42,085 nucleotides of DNA from a virus (taxonomy: Duplodnaviria > Heunggongvirae > Uroviricota > Caudoviricetes): IMG/VR virus record IMGVR_UViG_3300037421_000080, positions 1 to 42,085 of that record; one strand, 5' to 3'. The translations under genes were made by a program, and so were the position numbers. How positions within the stretch are numbered: position 1 is the first letter of the stretch; the number at the start of each line of letters is the position of its first letter. Positions 9,085 through 17,684 of the stretch are shown here, in pieces. The notes under the pieces are model-generated. The model saw only the letters and a program-made list of their open reading frames with translations, was not told the DNA's origin and did not search any database.

Positions 9085-10202
9085 AGAGAATCGAATTCGG
9101 CAGCTGGGTATGTAACGAAGCATCTGAAAGGCACGTGTTGAATTGCCTTCATTGCGGTTGGATCAGCCAGGGATTGATGGTTGCTGGCTTCGAGGAGAAA
9201 TGGCGGGAGACCTTCGGCTACAAGCATGCCAGAGCTATGTCCTCCGGCACAGCAGCACTGACGGCTTGCTGCATGGCCCTCTACGACTTCGCTCCAGACG
9301 ATGACAATGAGATCATCTGTCCTGCCCTCTCCTTCATCGCCACAGCCAACGCTATCCGAGCAGCGGGATACACGCCTAAGTTCGTGGATGTAAAACTGGA
9401 GACCATGAACATCGATGAGGACAAGATTGAAGAAGCGATAGGCCCCCAGACGGCAGGCATTGTGGTCGTCAACCTGATGGGCAAGCCAGCGGAGCTAAAG
9501 AAGATATGGAATCTCGCTGAGAGCCTGGGTCTCTATGTCATTTGCGACAACTGCGAAGGCTACGGCTGCACCCACCACGGGAAGTACAGCCTAGAGTACG
9601 CTGATATGGAGGTCTCAAGCCACTATGCCGCCCACCTTATCTGCTGCGGGGAGGGCGGAGTTGCTAGTACCAACAACGACCTTATCGACGAATCTCTGGA
9701 GTCCATCCGCAACCACGGCAGGGAGGCGGGCTCCGATTACTTCGACCACGCCCGCTGGGGCATGAACTTCAAGATGTCCGACCTGCACGCCGCTGTGGCC
9801 TTGGGGGGTATCGAAGACTTCTGGAAGGTCTTTGAAAGACGTTGTTTGAACGTATTTTATTTGAGGGAATGTATGAGGGGGTTGGAGGACAAGGCTTGGT
9901 TCAAGGAGGAGGAGCCACACGATGTGAACTGCCCACACGCTTTTTCCATTACGCTCAAGCCACCGTACAAGGACAGGATAGGAGACTTCCAAAAGTGGCT
10001 CGATATCGCCTCCATTCACTGGAAGCGGAACTTCGGCTGCATCCCGAAGCATGAGGCGTTCGCCTACCGGGAATGGGGCAGCTTTCCCAATGCGGAGTAC
10101 ATCGGAGACCACGGGATCCACGTTGGTTGCCATCAATATCTAAGCGATGGCGACCTGGAGTATCTGGGCGGAACTATCAAGAAGTTTCTGGAGGAAATAT
10201 GA
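9081..10202 (+). CDS. DegT/DnrJ/EryC1/StrS-family PLP/PMP enzyme, His-variant (ColD/RfbH-like 3-dehydratase)
   Basis: SSGTAAL, PALSFIATAN, DNCEGYG, SHYAAHLICCGEGG and NFKMSD. His stands where the Schiff-base Lys is usual. Confidence 0.82.
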   Translation: MKRIEFGSWVCNEASERHVLNCLHCGWISQGLMVAGFEEKWRETFGYKHARAMSSGTAALTACCMALYDFAPDDDNEIICPALSFIATANAIRAAGYTPKFVDVKLETMNIDEDKIEEAIGPQTAGIVVVNLMGKPAELKKIWNLAESLGLYVICDNCEGYGCTHHGKYSLEYADMEVSSHYAAHLICCGEGGVASTNNDLIDESLESIRNHGREAGSDYFDHARWGMNFKMSDLHAAVALGGIEDFWKVFERRCLNVFYLRECMRGLEDKAWFKEEEPHDVNCPHAFSITLKPPYKDRIGDFQKWLDIASIHWKRNFGCIPKHEAFAYREWGSFPNAEYIGDHGIHVGCHQYLSDGDLEYLGGTIKKFLEEI

Positions 10203-10357
10203 CTAAGAAGGAGCTGCTGGAGAAGTTGGTTGGCTTTCCTGATGATGCCAAGATAGGTATTTACGATGGAGAGTACGACGAAGTGTACGAGTTGACCAAG
10301 GTGTACAAATCCGATGACACTCGAAATGATGACGAGTGTAATGTAGTGTTGAGATAG
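10199..10357 (+). CDS. Small hypothetical protein
   Basis: GAGG RBS and ATGA overlap with the upstream gene. Confidence 0.55.
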   Translation: MTKKELLEKLVGFPDDAKIGIYDGEYDEVYELTKVYKSDDTRNDDECNVVLR

Positions 10358-10367
10358 AGGAGACTTG

Positions 10368-10568
10368 ATGTACCTTCTGGTCGCAAAAGAGCACCGAACG
10401 GGAGGAGATCCGGGCTCGAAGTTCAGTCTGTTGACTATAGTTGAGGATTTAGGGGAGGCAAAGAAACAACAGGATTTTTGGGAGAAGTGGGCGAATCCTG
10501 TTTTGTATTACACGGATGTCCGCATTTTGTGGGCTACAGAAGTGGTAGGAATGAAGGAGGCAAAATGA
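10368..10568 (+). CDS. Small hypothetical protein
   Basis: GAGGAG RBS; coupled to the next gene. Confidence 0.5.
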   Translation: MYLLVAKEHRTGGDPGSKFSLLTIVEDLGEAKKQQDFWEKWANPVLYYTDVRILWATEVVGMKEAK

Positions 10569-11131
10569 GTGAAAAATCAGACTTCCATGCGGAATTGGTT
10601 CAGCTGGTGAGTAAGTATGGACTTGCGATGAAGGAGAGGCGTTCGTCTTTGGAGACCGATCCGATATGGGATAGAACGATGTACGTTCTAAACGAAGTAT
10701 GCAGAGAAAACAAGGAGGATCGCAAATATCTTCCTTCTCTCGGTGATCTGATTGACCGCCTCTCCATCGACCAAATCAAGGAACTGCTAGACCCCGAGCG
10801 GAAGGCCCTTCACGCCCAGCACATCAAGGATTTGATGCACGACATTGACTTGATCTTGGCTGACTACCTTTTCAACAAGAGCACGGTCATTAGTTCCGCT
10901 GCTTTCCTCCGGGCCGTCATTGTCCTGGCTTTAATAAATCGTGAGATCTGGTTGAACGAAGCATCAGTTCGATCTGGCACCAAAGGTGAGTCAAACCTGC
11001 TCTTAACTCATGGATTGAATACAATAAGATGCAAAGCGAAGAACAAGATCAACGAGGCCGTTGGTGGGCCTATCGACCAGAAGGTAGATGTGGTACTTCC
11101 TCCTCCTAATTGGATCCCTGATGGGTATTAA
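10565..11131 (+). CDS. Hypothetical protein, DUF6165-like helical domain
   Basis: SLGDLIDRLSIDQIK ... LINREIWLNEASVR resembles small proteins I recall next to phage glycosylation genes. AAGGAGG RBS. Confidence 0.5.
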   Translation: MSEKSDFHAELVQLVSKYGLAMKERRSSLETDPIWDRTMYVLNEVCRENKEDRKYLPSLGDLIDRLSIDQIKELLDPERKALHAQHIKDLMHDIDLILADYLFNKSTVISSAAFLRAVIVLALINREIWLNEASVRSGTKGESNLLLTHGLNTIRCKAKNKINEAVGGPIDQKVDVVLPPPNWIPDGY

Positions 11132-11134
11132 CTG

Positions 11135-12058
11135 GTGACTGTACCCCCTCTGACCTTTTTGTACTACAGTTTTCGGCCCGGCGGGATCGACCTCCTTGTG
11201 AAATCCCTTGCATCCCAGACGATGAACAGCTTCGAGCTGATCGTGGTGGACGACTACCCTGGCCGGGTGGAGCGGGGCCTGGCCCGCAAGTACGCCGAGG
11301 AGGCAGGGATCAAGGTCCGTTGGTGGGGCGTCTCCAAGCCCAAGAGCTACCCAGAGACCAAGTGCGGCGGAGTCAACGCTGTCAACACAGGATTGATCCA
11401 CGCTTGCACACCGATCGTCTGCTTTGTGAATGATTACACCTTCTTGGCTCCAGACGCCGTCCAGATTGTGAAGAACATATTTGTGGTTGAGTGGCTTATG
11501 GGGGCGAGGTTCCTCCTGCATGGGGCATCTATGATATACGACTCTGATAAGCCTCTAACCCAGGACGATGTAGATACGTGGCCCGGTGGTCAGGATCCAA
11601 ACATCCGTCCCATGCGTCCCCATGTGCCCAAGGAGTTCGAGGGCTATTACTTCATGGGGCAGATAGGGTTCTTCGAGTTGATCAACGGATTCGACGAGAG
11701 GTCGGACGACTGCGGCCCCTGGAACCTGACCAGCCTCATCGCCCAGGCAAAGCTGACGGGCTGGGGCCTGAGAGTCTGCGATTCCCTCGTGATCCACATG
11801 ATCGACCACCGGAGATGGGGCGGATGGTCCCCTGGCCTGGCCACCAAGGACTCGATGTGGCGCACTGACGACCATCATACCTCCGGGGAAGCTGCCGAGG
11901 AGCCAGAGTGGCTGGCCCAGTCTCCTAATCCCTACAACCTTGCGGATCTTCGGATGTTGTCCAGGACCAAGGCGGATCTGGCGGAGGGCAGGGATGTGTA
12001 TCCCCATCTGAGGCTAGCGTATGCCGGGCTATCCTCCGAATGCAAGGAGGCTTTGTGA
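11135..12058 (+). CDS. Glycosyltransferase family 2 (GT-A fold)
   Basis: LVKSLASQT, FELIVVDD, AVNTGL, CFVNDYT and INGFDE motifs; GTG start. Confidence 0.8.
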   Translation: MTVPPLTFLYYSFRPGGIDLLVKSLASQTMNSFELIVVDDYPGRVERGLARKYAEEAGIKVRWWGVSKPKSYPETKCGGVNAVNTGLIHACTPIVCFVNDYTFLAPDAVQIVKNIFVVEWLMGARFLLHGASMIYDSDKPLTQDDVDTWPGGQDPNIRPMRPHVPKEFEGYYFMGQIGFFELINGFDERSDDCGPWNLTSLIAQAKLTGWGLRVCDSLVIHMIDHRRWGGWSPGLATKDSMWRTDDHHTSGEAAEEPEWLAQSPNPYNLADLRMLSRTKADLAEGRDVYPHLRLAYAGLSSECKEAL

Positions 12059-12168
12059 AAGGCGCCTGCTGGGCAGCCAACGGCGGAGACATGGAGTTCC
12101 TGACCCTCCAGGAGACCTTCCGCAAGTGCTATGACGGCGATCCGCACTGGAACCGCATCTTCGAGTGA
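12055..12168 (+). pseudogene. Orphaned original 5' end (37 codons) of the methyltransferase at 13356
   Basis: AAGGAGG RBS and GTGA overlap. Encodes MKGACWAANGGDMEFLTLQETFRKCYDGDPHWNRIFE, about 22/38 identical to the N-terminus at 13356, and stops at the tnpB element edge. Confidence 0.88.
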
Positions 12169-12240
12169 TTACTCTCTAGCCGAAGCTAGAGCTTTTAGGG
12201 ATTGAACCCACAGCTTGTAATCCCAAGCTGAGTATGTTGC
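12145..12240 (-). ncRNA. Predicted 3' part of the TnpB omega/reRNA plus flank-derived guide
   Basis: Minus strand: CAGCUU-GGGAUUAC-AAGCUG hairpin whose loop can pair with downstream AAUCCC (pseudoknot), then CUCUAGC-UUCG-GCUAGAG, AGUAAUCAC and the flank. The true 5' end probably lies further inside tnpB. Confidence 0.7.
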
Positions 12241-13468
12241 AGGCAGCATTATGGTCCCTGTCATAGCTAAGCTCGCAGCACTCGCAGGTGAAAGTTCTGA
12301 TGGAAACAGGCATCTTCTGCCTGTATCCACAATTGTGGCAAGTCTGCGAAGTGTAAGCGGGGTTCACTCTCACAATAGTTCTACCAGCTTCTACCGCTTT
12401 GTAGAACAGAAGAGTGAAGAACAGAGACCAAGCTACGTCGTCAATACTTTTCGAGAATTTCCTGACCTTTCTCATTCGGTTGACTTGAAGATCCTCAACG
12501 GCGATGAAACCAAAATCGTTGATGATTCTTCGAGAAGTCTGATGAGCAAAGTTTTGTCTGCGAAAGCGAATTCGTTCATAAATTCGAGAGACTGGTTTTC
12601 TAAGCTTTTTCCTCTCCGGAGTTCCTTTCTTCACTTTTTCAAGCTTTTTCTGGGCTTTGGCAAGTTCTTTTTCGTCCGTTTTAAAAAACCTCTTCCTCTT
12701 AATCTTTTCTCCGTTCGAGAGGGCGGCAAAGCAATTCAGTCCTACGTCAATGCCTACTTGTTCTTTGCTCTTTGGAAGGGGTTTCGGTACGGACAGATCG
12801 CAAGTGAGATTGGCGTACCATTTGCCGGTGGAGGATCGGCGGATAGTACAAGTTTTGAGATCACCTCTCAACTTTCTATGCAGATTTATTTTAACATCTC
12901 CAACATTGTGAAGTTGAAGAACACCCCCTTCGAGATAACAACCCCTTGGAGCTTGTGGGAACGTCATGCTGTCGTAGCGGCTAAACTGTTTGAATCGGGG
13001 ATACCCAGGCTTCTCCCCCGCTTTGGTTCTTCGGAAGAACGCTTTGAATGCAAGATCGACACGAAGACAGACATTCTGGAGACATTGTGCAAAAACTGTT
13101 TTTAGAGAGGGTCGTCGTTCTTTCAAAGAAGGAAGGGTTTTGTCCTGATCGTAGCGATTGATCCCTTTACCTGTAGCTTTGTACGTATCCCTTCGCTCTG
13201 CAAGAAAGTGGTTGTAGAGCCAACGACACTCCTCCAGCTGGGCATCGAGCTTCTTCCTTTGGCTCTTGGTGGGATACAGACGATATTGAAAGGTTTTGAG
13301 CATTCTTATATAGTAACTAAATGGATCTGTTAGATAAAGAGCAAAAGTATTAGCTATGAAAAGTTGTTGTTGGGTGAGTGAAGGTGGTGGAGATTCGGAA
13401 TTCGTAAGGCTTCAAAAAGCAATGATGCAGTGTTATGATGGTGACCCACATTGGAGTAGATGCTTCGA
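12165..13468 (-). mobile_element. IS200/IS605-derived tnpB-only element (no tnpA) carrying a recoded gene start
   Basis: tnpB with a right-end hairpin ending ...GAGTAATCAC on the minus strand. TTCGAGT occurs at both junctions (12160-12166 and 13464-13470), so the exact boundary is uncertain by about 2 nt. Confidence 0.75.
12176..13303 (-). CDS. tnpB: RNA-guided endonuclease TnpB (IS200/IS605 OrfB)
   Basis: N-terminal FQYRLYPT HTH; RuvC acidic triad GIDVG / AVEDL / DRDHNAA; CHNC...CECC zinc finger. Confidence 0.95.
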   Translation of the reverse strand: MLKTFQYRLYPTKSQRKKLDAQLEECRWLYNHFLAERRDTYKATGKGINRYDQDKTLPSLKERRPSLKTVFAQCLQNVCLRVDLAFKAFFRRTKAGEKPGYPRFKQFSRYDSMTFPQAPRGCYLEGGVLQLHNVGDVKINLHRKLRGDLKTCTIRRSSTGKWYANLTCDLSVPKPLPKSKEQVGIDVGLNCFAALSNGEKIKRKRFFKTDEKELAKAQKKLEKVKKGTPERKKLRKPVSRIYERIRFRRQNFAHQTSRRIINDFGFIAVEDLQVNRMRKVRKFSKSIDDVAWSLFFTLLFYKAVEAGRTIVRVNPAYTSQTCHNCGYRQKMPVSIRTFTCECCELSYDRDHNAACNILSLGLQAVGSIPKSSSFG

Positions 13469-14090
13469 GTACCCCTGGATGGTGCGGAACGGGAACTTCC
13501 GATTGACAGATGAGGTACTGGACGCGGGTGGTGGGCAGGCATCGGGCCAGCTGTTTCTCGCGGCCTATGCAGGTAAGGTTGTCAACGTAGACAACGACGT
13601 GGCCAGCCTTGCCAAGACGAAGGAGATGTACGCTGGCTTCAAGAAGTTCCAGAAGGTGGAGCTGGTGGAGGGAGATCTGAAAGATCTGTCCATGTTCCCG
13701 GACGGCAGGTTCGACAAGGTGGTCTGTATCTCGGTGCTGGAACACGATCCGGATTACATGTTGATATTGAAGGAATTGTGGCGGGTATTGAAACCGGGCG
13801 GTAGGCTGCTGGTGACGATGGACGTGGCAACCTTCTCCGCCAGCGATCATTTGATTACCGACAGGGAAGCAGCCAGGATTTTGTGCCTGTTCGGCATGGA
13901 TACATTGCCTCCTATCCCGGAGGATGCCATCGTCTGCCAGGCTCCGTCGGACGCTTCTCCCGAAGGTATCCTTCTTGCCTACGGCATCCCGAACAGGGGA
14001 AAGATGATCCGGAAGATCTTCGAGACAGAAGTCGATGTTGGCTTCTACTGCCTGAAGGTTTTGTGCTTCTTCGCGGACAAGATGGAGTAA
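13356..14090 (+). CDS. Class I SAM-dependent methyltransferase (Methyltransf_11-like) with replaced N-terminus
   Basis: FEYPW, VLDAGGG, FDKVVCISVLEH and RVLKPGG motifs. The first ~37 codons are AT-richer than the rest. Confidence 0.88.
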   Translation: MKSCCWVSEGGGDSEFVRLQKAMMQCYDGDPHWSRCFEYPWMVRNGNFRLTDEVLDAGGGQASGQLFLAAYAGKVVNVDNDVASLAKTKEMYAGFKKFQKVELVEGDLKDLSMFPDGRFDKVVCISVLEHDPDYMLILKELWRVLKPGGRLLVTMDVATFSASDHLITDREAARILCLFGMDTLPPIPEDAIVCQAPSDASPEGILLAYGIPNRGKMIRKIFETEVDVGFYCLKVLCFFADKME

Positions 14091-14094
14091 ATCA

Positions 14095-14289
14095 ATGTCT
14101 GATATCGTGGCAGGGACTGGGGTGTTAGAACAAGGCATCAAAGAAGCACTTGAGATAACAGACAACTTTGTCAACGATCTTATCAAGCGAGGCTACCCGA
14201 TCCACGAGCAGGCATTCCCGATGAGGTGTTTGGAGAATCAGAGGGTAATCCTCGCCGCCCTGTCCCACCTCATCCAGCAAAGGAAGTAA
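14095..14289 (+). CDS. Small hypothetical protein
   Basis: Closely spaced co-oriented ORF. Confidence 0.5.
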   Translation: MSDIVAGTGVLEQGIKEALEITDNFVNDLIKRGYPIHEQAFPMRCLENQRVILAALSHLIQQRK

Positions 14290-14292
14290 AAT

Positions 14293-14556
14293 ATGACCAA
14301 GGAAGAATCAGCCGCAGGGCTTAGGGAGAAAGCGCGAATACTGGAGGAGTGTGCTTTGCGCGTTCGCATTCGTGCGGAAGAATTAGCTAAGGAGTTTGAA
14401 AAGAGGGCCACTGACTTCAGGTCGATGGCGGCAGCGACATTGCAGACGTACTGCGGACCTCCCGCAGGACACATGCAGGAGTCGGGCACGAACCACTGCT
14501 ACTGCGGAAGTCTACTGTTCGACGGCAACGTGATCTCGCTCAAAAAGAGAGAGTAA
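14293..14556 (+). CDS. Small hypothetical protein
   Basis: Closely spaced co-oriented ORF. Confidence 0.5.
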   Translation: MTKEESAAGLREKARILEECALRVRIRAEELAKEFEKRATDFRSMAAATLQTYCGPPAGHMQESGTNHCYCGSLLFDGNVISLKKRE

Positions 14557-14557
14557 A

Positions 14558-16387
14558 ATGATCGACATCAACAAGAAGGAAGGCCAGAAGATCCTTGAGC
14601 TGGGCGGCGGTATGAACCGACACCCTGCTTCAGATGTAAACCTCGACTGCCGTGCCGGCCCCGGAGTGGACATCGTTTGCGACCTTAACAAGGGCCCTCT
14701 TCCCTTCCTGGATGCAAGCTTCGATGCGGTGTTATGTGTCTATGCGCTGGAACATTGCTCGTACCGACGTGTGCCCGCGATTCTTCGAGAGACCTGGCGG
14801 GTGTTGAAGCCGGAGGGGAAAGCGATATTCCTCGTCCCCAACACAGAGGCTCAGATTGAATGGATCAAGACCCATCCGGAGGGCTGGGACAAGGAGAGTT
14901 TTTTCGAGTCGGCAAGCAAGGTACTGATGGGGAGCCAGGACTACTCAGAAAATTCGCATCGGATTTACCTAAGTCCTTCTCTGGTCTTCGACCTGTTCAA
15001 AGACGCGGGCTTCCAGTCGATCCAGGTCGCGGCTGCTGGTGAGAGGCAGACTGACCTCTCCATCGTCGCATCCAAGCCGGATTGGGTCAATCCGCCGATC
15101 CCCATCGAGCCTGCCCAGCCGATCAGAGAAGCAGAGCCTCAACCCACGGTGGTGGAGCAGGAATCTGCCATCTCCGGGATTCCCACGGAGCAGATTTTCG
15201 ACCGCCATTACTTCACGGGCGGAGGACGATGCGGCGGGTACGCGAGGGAGGGGATGCGGGATTTCGCCTGCCACGAGACGACGGCTCGATATGTGCTAGT
15301 CCGTAAGCCCGAAAGCGTCCTGGAAATTGGATGCGGGCGTGGTTATATCATGAAGAGACTGCAAGACGCAGGGGTTCGATGCACTGGACTGGAGGTCTCG
15401 AAACATTGCAATTTGACTGCTGCCGCGAGGGGGATAATCCAGCACGATATCCTGAAAACTCCGTGGCCTCTGACCTTCCGGAAGGATGGTGGGGAGGATC
15501 ACCGCTGGGATCTCTGCCTCTCTGTCGCCACTCTAGAACACATCCCCGAATCCGCACTCCCAGCTATCCTCGGCGAGATGAGTCGCTGCACGAAGCGAGG
15601 CCTGCACGGAGTGGATTTCGGCCAGAAAGATGATGGCTTCGACAAGTCACACATCACGCTCAAACCCCAGAAGTGGTGGAGGGCCCTGTTCGATCACTAC
15701 GGTCTCCAGTCCCATGAGATCGTGGACAAGGAGTCCCTGGAGGCTGGCAATCTGCCTCCCGAGGTCCTGGCGGGCGACGGCAAGATCAAGCTGAATTGCG
15801 GCTGCGGGATGAACATGTTCCACCACGGCTGGACCAACGTCGACCTCAACAAGGACCTGGAGCAGTTCTCTGGACCGCAGGGCTACCGCTTCCTCCGTAG
15901 GGACCTGAGACGAGGCATCCCCTATGCCACGGGGACGGTGGACCTGATCTTCGCCAGCCTCTTCCTGGAGCATCTAAGCTATCGGGAGGGAGAGACGTTC
16001 CTCAAGGAGTGCAGGCGGGTGTTGAAGCCGGATGGAGCCTTGCGGATTGTGGTGCCGAACGCGAAGGCACTGATTGATCACTATGTCTACGGTGGTGACT
16101 ACGAGTATGGCACGGAGCCTCCCAGGAACAGGCTCTTTGACTTCGACGAGATGGACGAAGCTTGCTCTAACCATTCTACTCCCGTTGGCAAGCTCCATGC
16201 TCTCCTCTGCGAAGGGCATGCCTCGATCTATGACTACGATCTTCTCGCTGGGATGATTTCGGAAGCGAAGTTGAAGCCAGAAGTGAGATCCTTTCGGGAG
16301 GGGCACTCCCAGATCCTCCACGAGACGGTGGAGTCGTACCAGGGCGGGACATCTCTGTTTGTGGACGCAGTTCCAGTCGTGGGGTAA
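14558..16387 (+). CDS. Triple-domain SAM-dependent methyltransferase
   Basis: Three motif-I regions (ILELGGG, VLEIGCGRG, KLNCGCG), each followed by an ALEH/TLEH/FLEH motif. Confidence 0.82.
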   Translation: MIDINKKEGQKILELGGGMNRHPASDVNLDCRAGPGVDIVCDLNKGPLPFLDASFDAVLCVYALEHCSYRRVPAILRETWRVLKPEGKAIFLVPNTEAQIEWIKTHPEGWDKESFFESASKVLMGSQDYSENSHRIYLSPSLVFDLFKDAGFQSIQVAAAGERQTDLSIVASKPDWVNPPIPIEPAQPIREAEPQPTVVEQESAISGIPTEQIFDRHYFTGGGRCGGYAREGMRDFACHETTARYVLVRKPESVLEIGCGRGYIMKRLQDAGVRCTGLEVSKHCNLTAAARGIIQHDILKTPWPLTFRKDGGEDHRWDLCLSVATLEHIPESALPAILGEMSRCTKRGLHGVDFGQKDDGFDKSHITLKPQKWWRALFDHYGLQSHEIVDKESLEAGNLPPEVLAGDGKIKLNCGCGMNMFHHGWTNVDLNKDLEQFSGPQGYRFLRRDLRRGIPYATGTVDLIFASLFLEHLSYREGETFLKECRRVLKPDGALRIVVPNAKALIDHYVYGGDYEYGTEPPRNRLFDFDEMDEACSNHSTPVGKLHALLCEGHASIYDYDLLAGMISEAKLKPEVRSFREGHSQILHETVESYQGGTSLFVDAVPVVG

Positions 16388-16637
16388 TCTTGACATTTAC
16401 GCCAGGAAAGGAAAAGGGTATCATTAGACACGGATAATAAGGAAGGAAGAATCGGGTCGCAACTGATTCAACCTTCATTTCCTCTGGGCCAACCGCTAGT
16501 ATCCCTGAACTCGAAGGCAGTGGGTACTAGCGGCGAGGGTCCGCTGGCCCATCCCGAACGCTATTTCAAATCCCTTTGATTTTAATGGCTTTTCTCCGAT
16601 AATAGATAGGGATTCTATCGCCGGGAAGGGAACAACG

Positions 16638-17291
16638 ATGGCTCTCAAACCAGAAACCGGGATTCCGATAGACGACAATTGGGAGGATATCCTAGCTGAT
16701 TTTGTTGATTTCACCTTGAGGTATCTCAAAAATAAATACCTTGTCGTTGTCTGGATGTACCTATTTACGTGCCATCAAAACGGCAGAAAAGAAGTGAGCT
16801 TAAGTGATATCGCTGAAAAGTGCGGCGACTGTAAAATGAAAGTGGTTGATAAAGCGATTAAGACTTTGGAGGGAATGGGGTTATTGATGACCAATCGAAT
16901 CGGGAGCGTGATCGACAATTACCATTTATATCCCACCAAGCCTAGAGTTGAATCAGAAATCCCCGAAAAAGGAAAAGTCAGGGAATGCCCGGTTGATGCG
17001 AGAAACCGAAAGATACAATCTGGTTGGGTCTATCTATTCCGAGCTGAAAATGGTCTGGTGAAGATAGGGAAAACTGTAAACCATCCGTGTTACCGGCTTA
17101 AAGCAATTAACGCTGCTTCTCCTATTCAATCAGTCCTCATCCACAAAATCAAAACCAATCACATCACTTGGCTGGAGAGTAAACTCCATCGGAGATACGC
17201 GGATAAAAGGGTTCGAGGGGAATGGTTTGCTCTGGAGGATAAGAACATCCGTTATCTAAGCCGATTCGACAATTTGGATGCTAAAGTTTGA
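16638..17291 (+). CDS. HTH + GIY-YIG (T5orf172-like) protein
   Basis: N-terminal wHTH-like SLSDIAEKCG. C-terminal GWVYLFRA..LVKIGKT...RL...LESKLHRRY..KRVRGEWF. Confidence 0.8.
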   Translation: MALKPETGIPIDDNWEDILADFVDFTLRYLKNKYLVVVWMYLFTCHQNGRKEVSLSDIAEKCGDCKMKVVDKAIKTLEGMGLLMTNRIGSVIDNYHLYPTKPRVESEIPEKGKVRECPVDARNRKIQSGWVYLFRAENGLVKIGKTVNHPCYRLKAINAASPIQSVLIHKIKTNHITWLESKLHRRYADKRVRGEWFALEDKNIRYLSRFDNLDAKV

Positions 17292-17495
17292 GCGTCAGTA
17301 TCGAGCTTCGCCGAAAATGAACATCAAAAGTACCCGAACTGGAATGAAAGAAGGAATAGTCAATCCTATGCTCCTACGGCCAAATCTCATCTCCCAGATT
17401 GAATTAAATAGAAGGATAGGTTCTTCTACGCTGCGTTAGCAACTACCCACTTCCTCGGATAAATAGAAACATATCCACCCCTCCCGGTTTATCCC

Positions 17496-17526
17496 TTGAC
17501 CTAACCATCCCGTTCTAAGGTATCAT
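17496..17526 (+). promoter_or_regulatory. Putative promoter TTGACC-N19-TATCAT
   Basis: Same 19-bp spacing and AACC motif after the -35 as at 31584 and 34932. Confidence 0.5.
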
Positions 17527-17534
17527 TGTATCTC

Positions 17535-17635
17535 AGCGGGGACCACCCTCTCTGGACCAGAGAAATCGAGAGCCCTCGGGTCGCGGTGGGGTTGGTCGAG
17601 ACAACCCGGATCGAGCAGGGAGATGTGTCCCCGCT
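17535..17635 (+). ncRNA. Candidate structured 5' leader / small RNA
   Basis: Perfect 9-bp closing stem AGCGGGGAC (17535-43) / GTCCCCGCT (17627-35) enclosing several short hairpins, directly after the predicted -10. Confidence 0.4.
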
Positions 17636-17684
17636 CGTTCTTTCCTTGACCGAAAATCACAAAGGACGTTTAGGAGAACGAGAA

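Noticed and set aside
12251-13105. 284-aa + strand ORF inside tnpB
   Set aside because: In-register antisense frame with no motifs and no coupling to neighbours; noted only as a caution that such ORFs arise by chance.
12165-13468. IStron (group I intron + TnpB) or complete autonomous IS605
   Set aside because: There is no room or sequence for a group I intron core or tnpA; nearly all of the 1.3 kb is tnpB plus the recoded gene start.
16390-16424. TTGACA...TATCAT promoter candidate
   Set aside because: The spacer is 23 bp, which fits neither sigma70 nor the 19-bp class.
17526-17684. N-terminal extension of the ORF at 17526
   Set aside because: It overlaps the predicted promoter and structured leader; the RBS supports ATG 17685.
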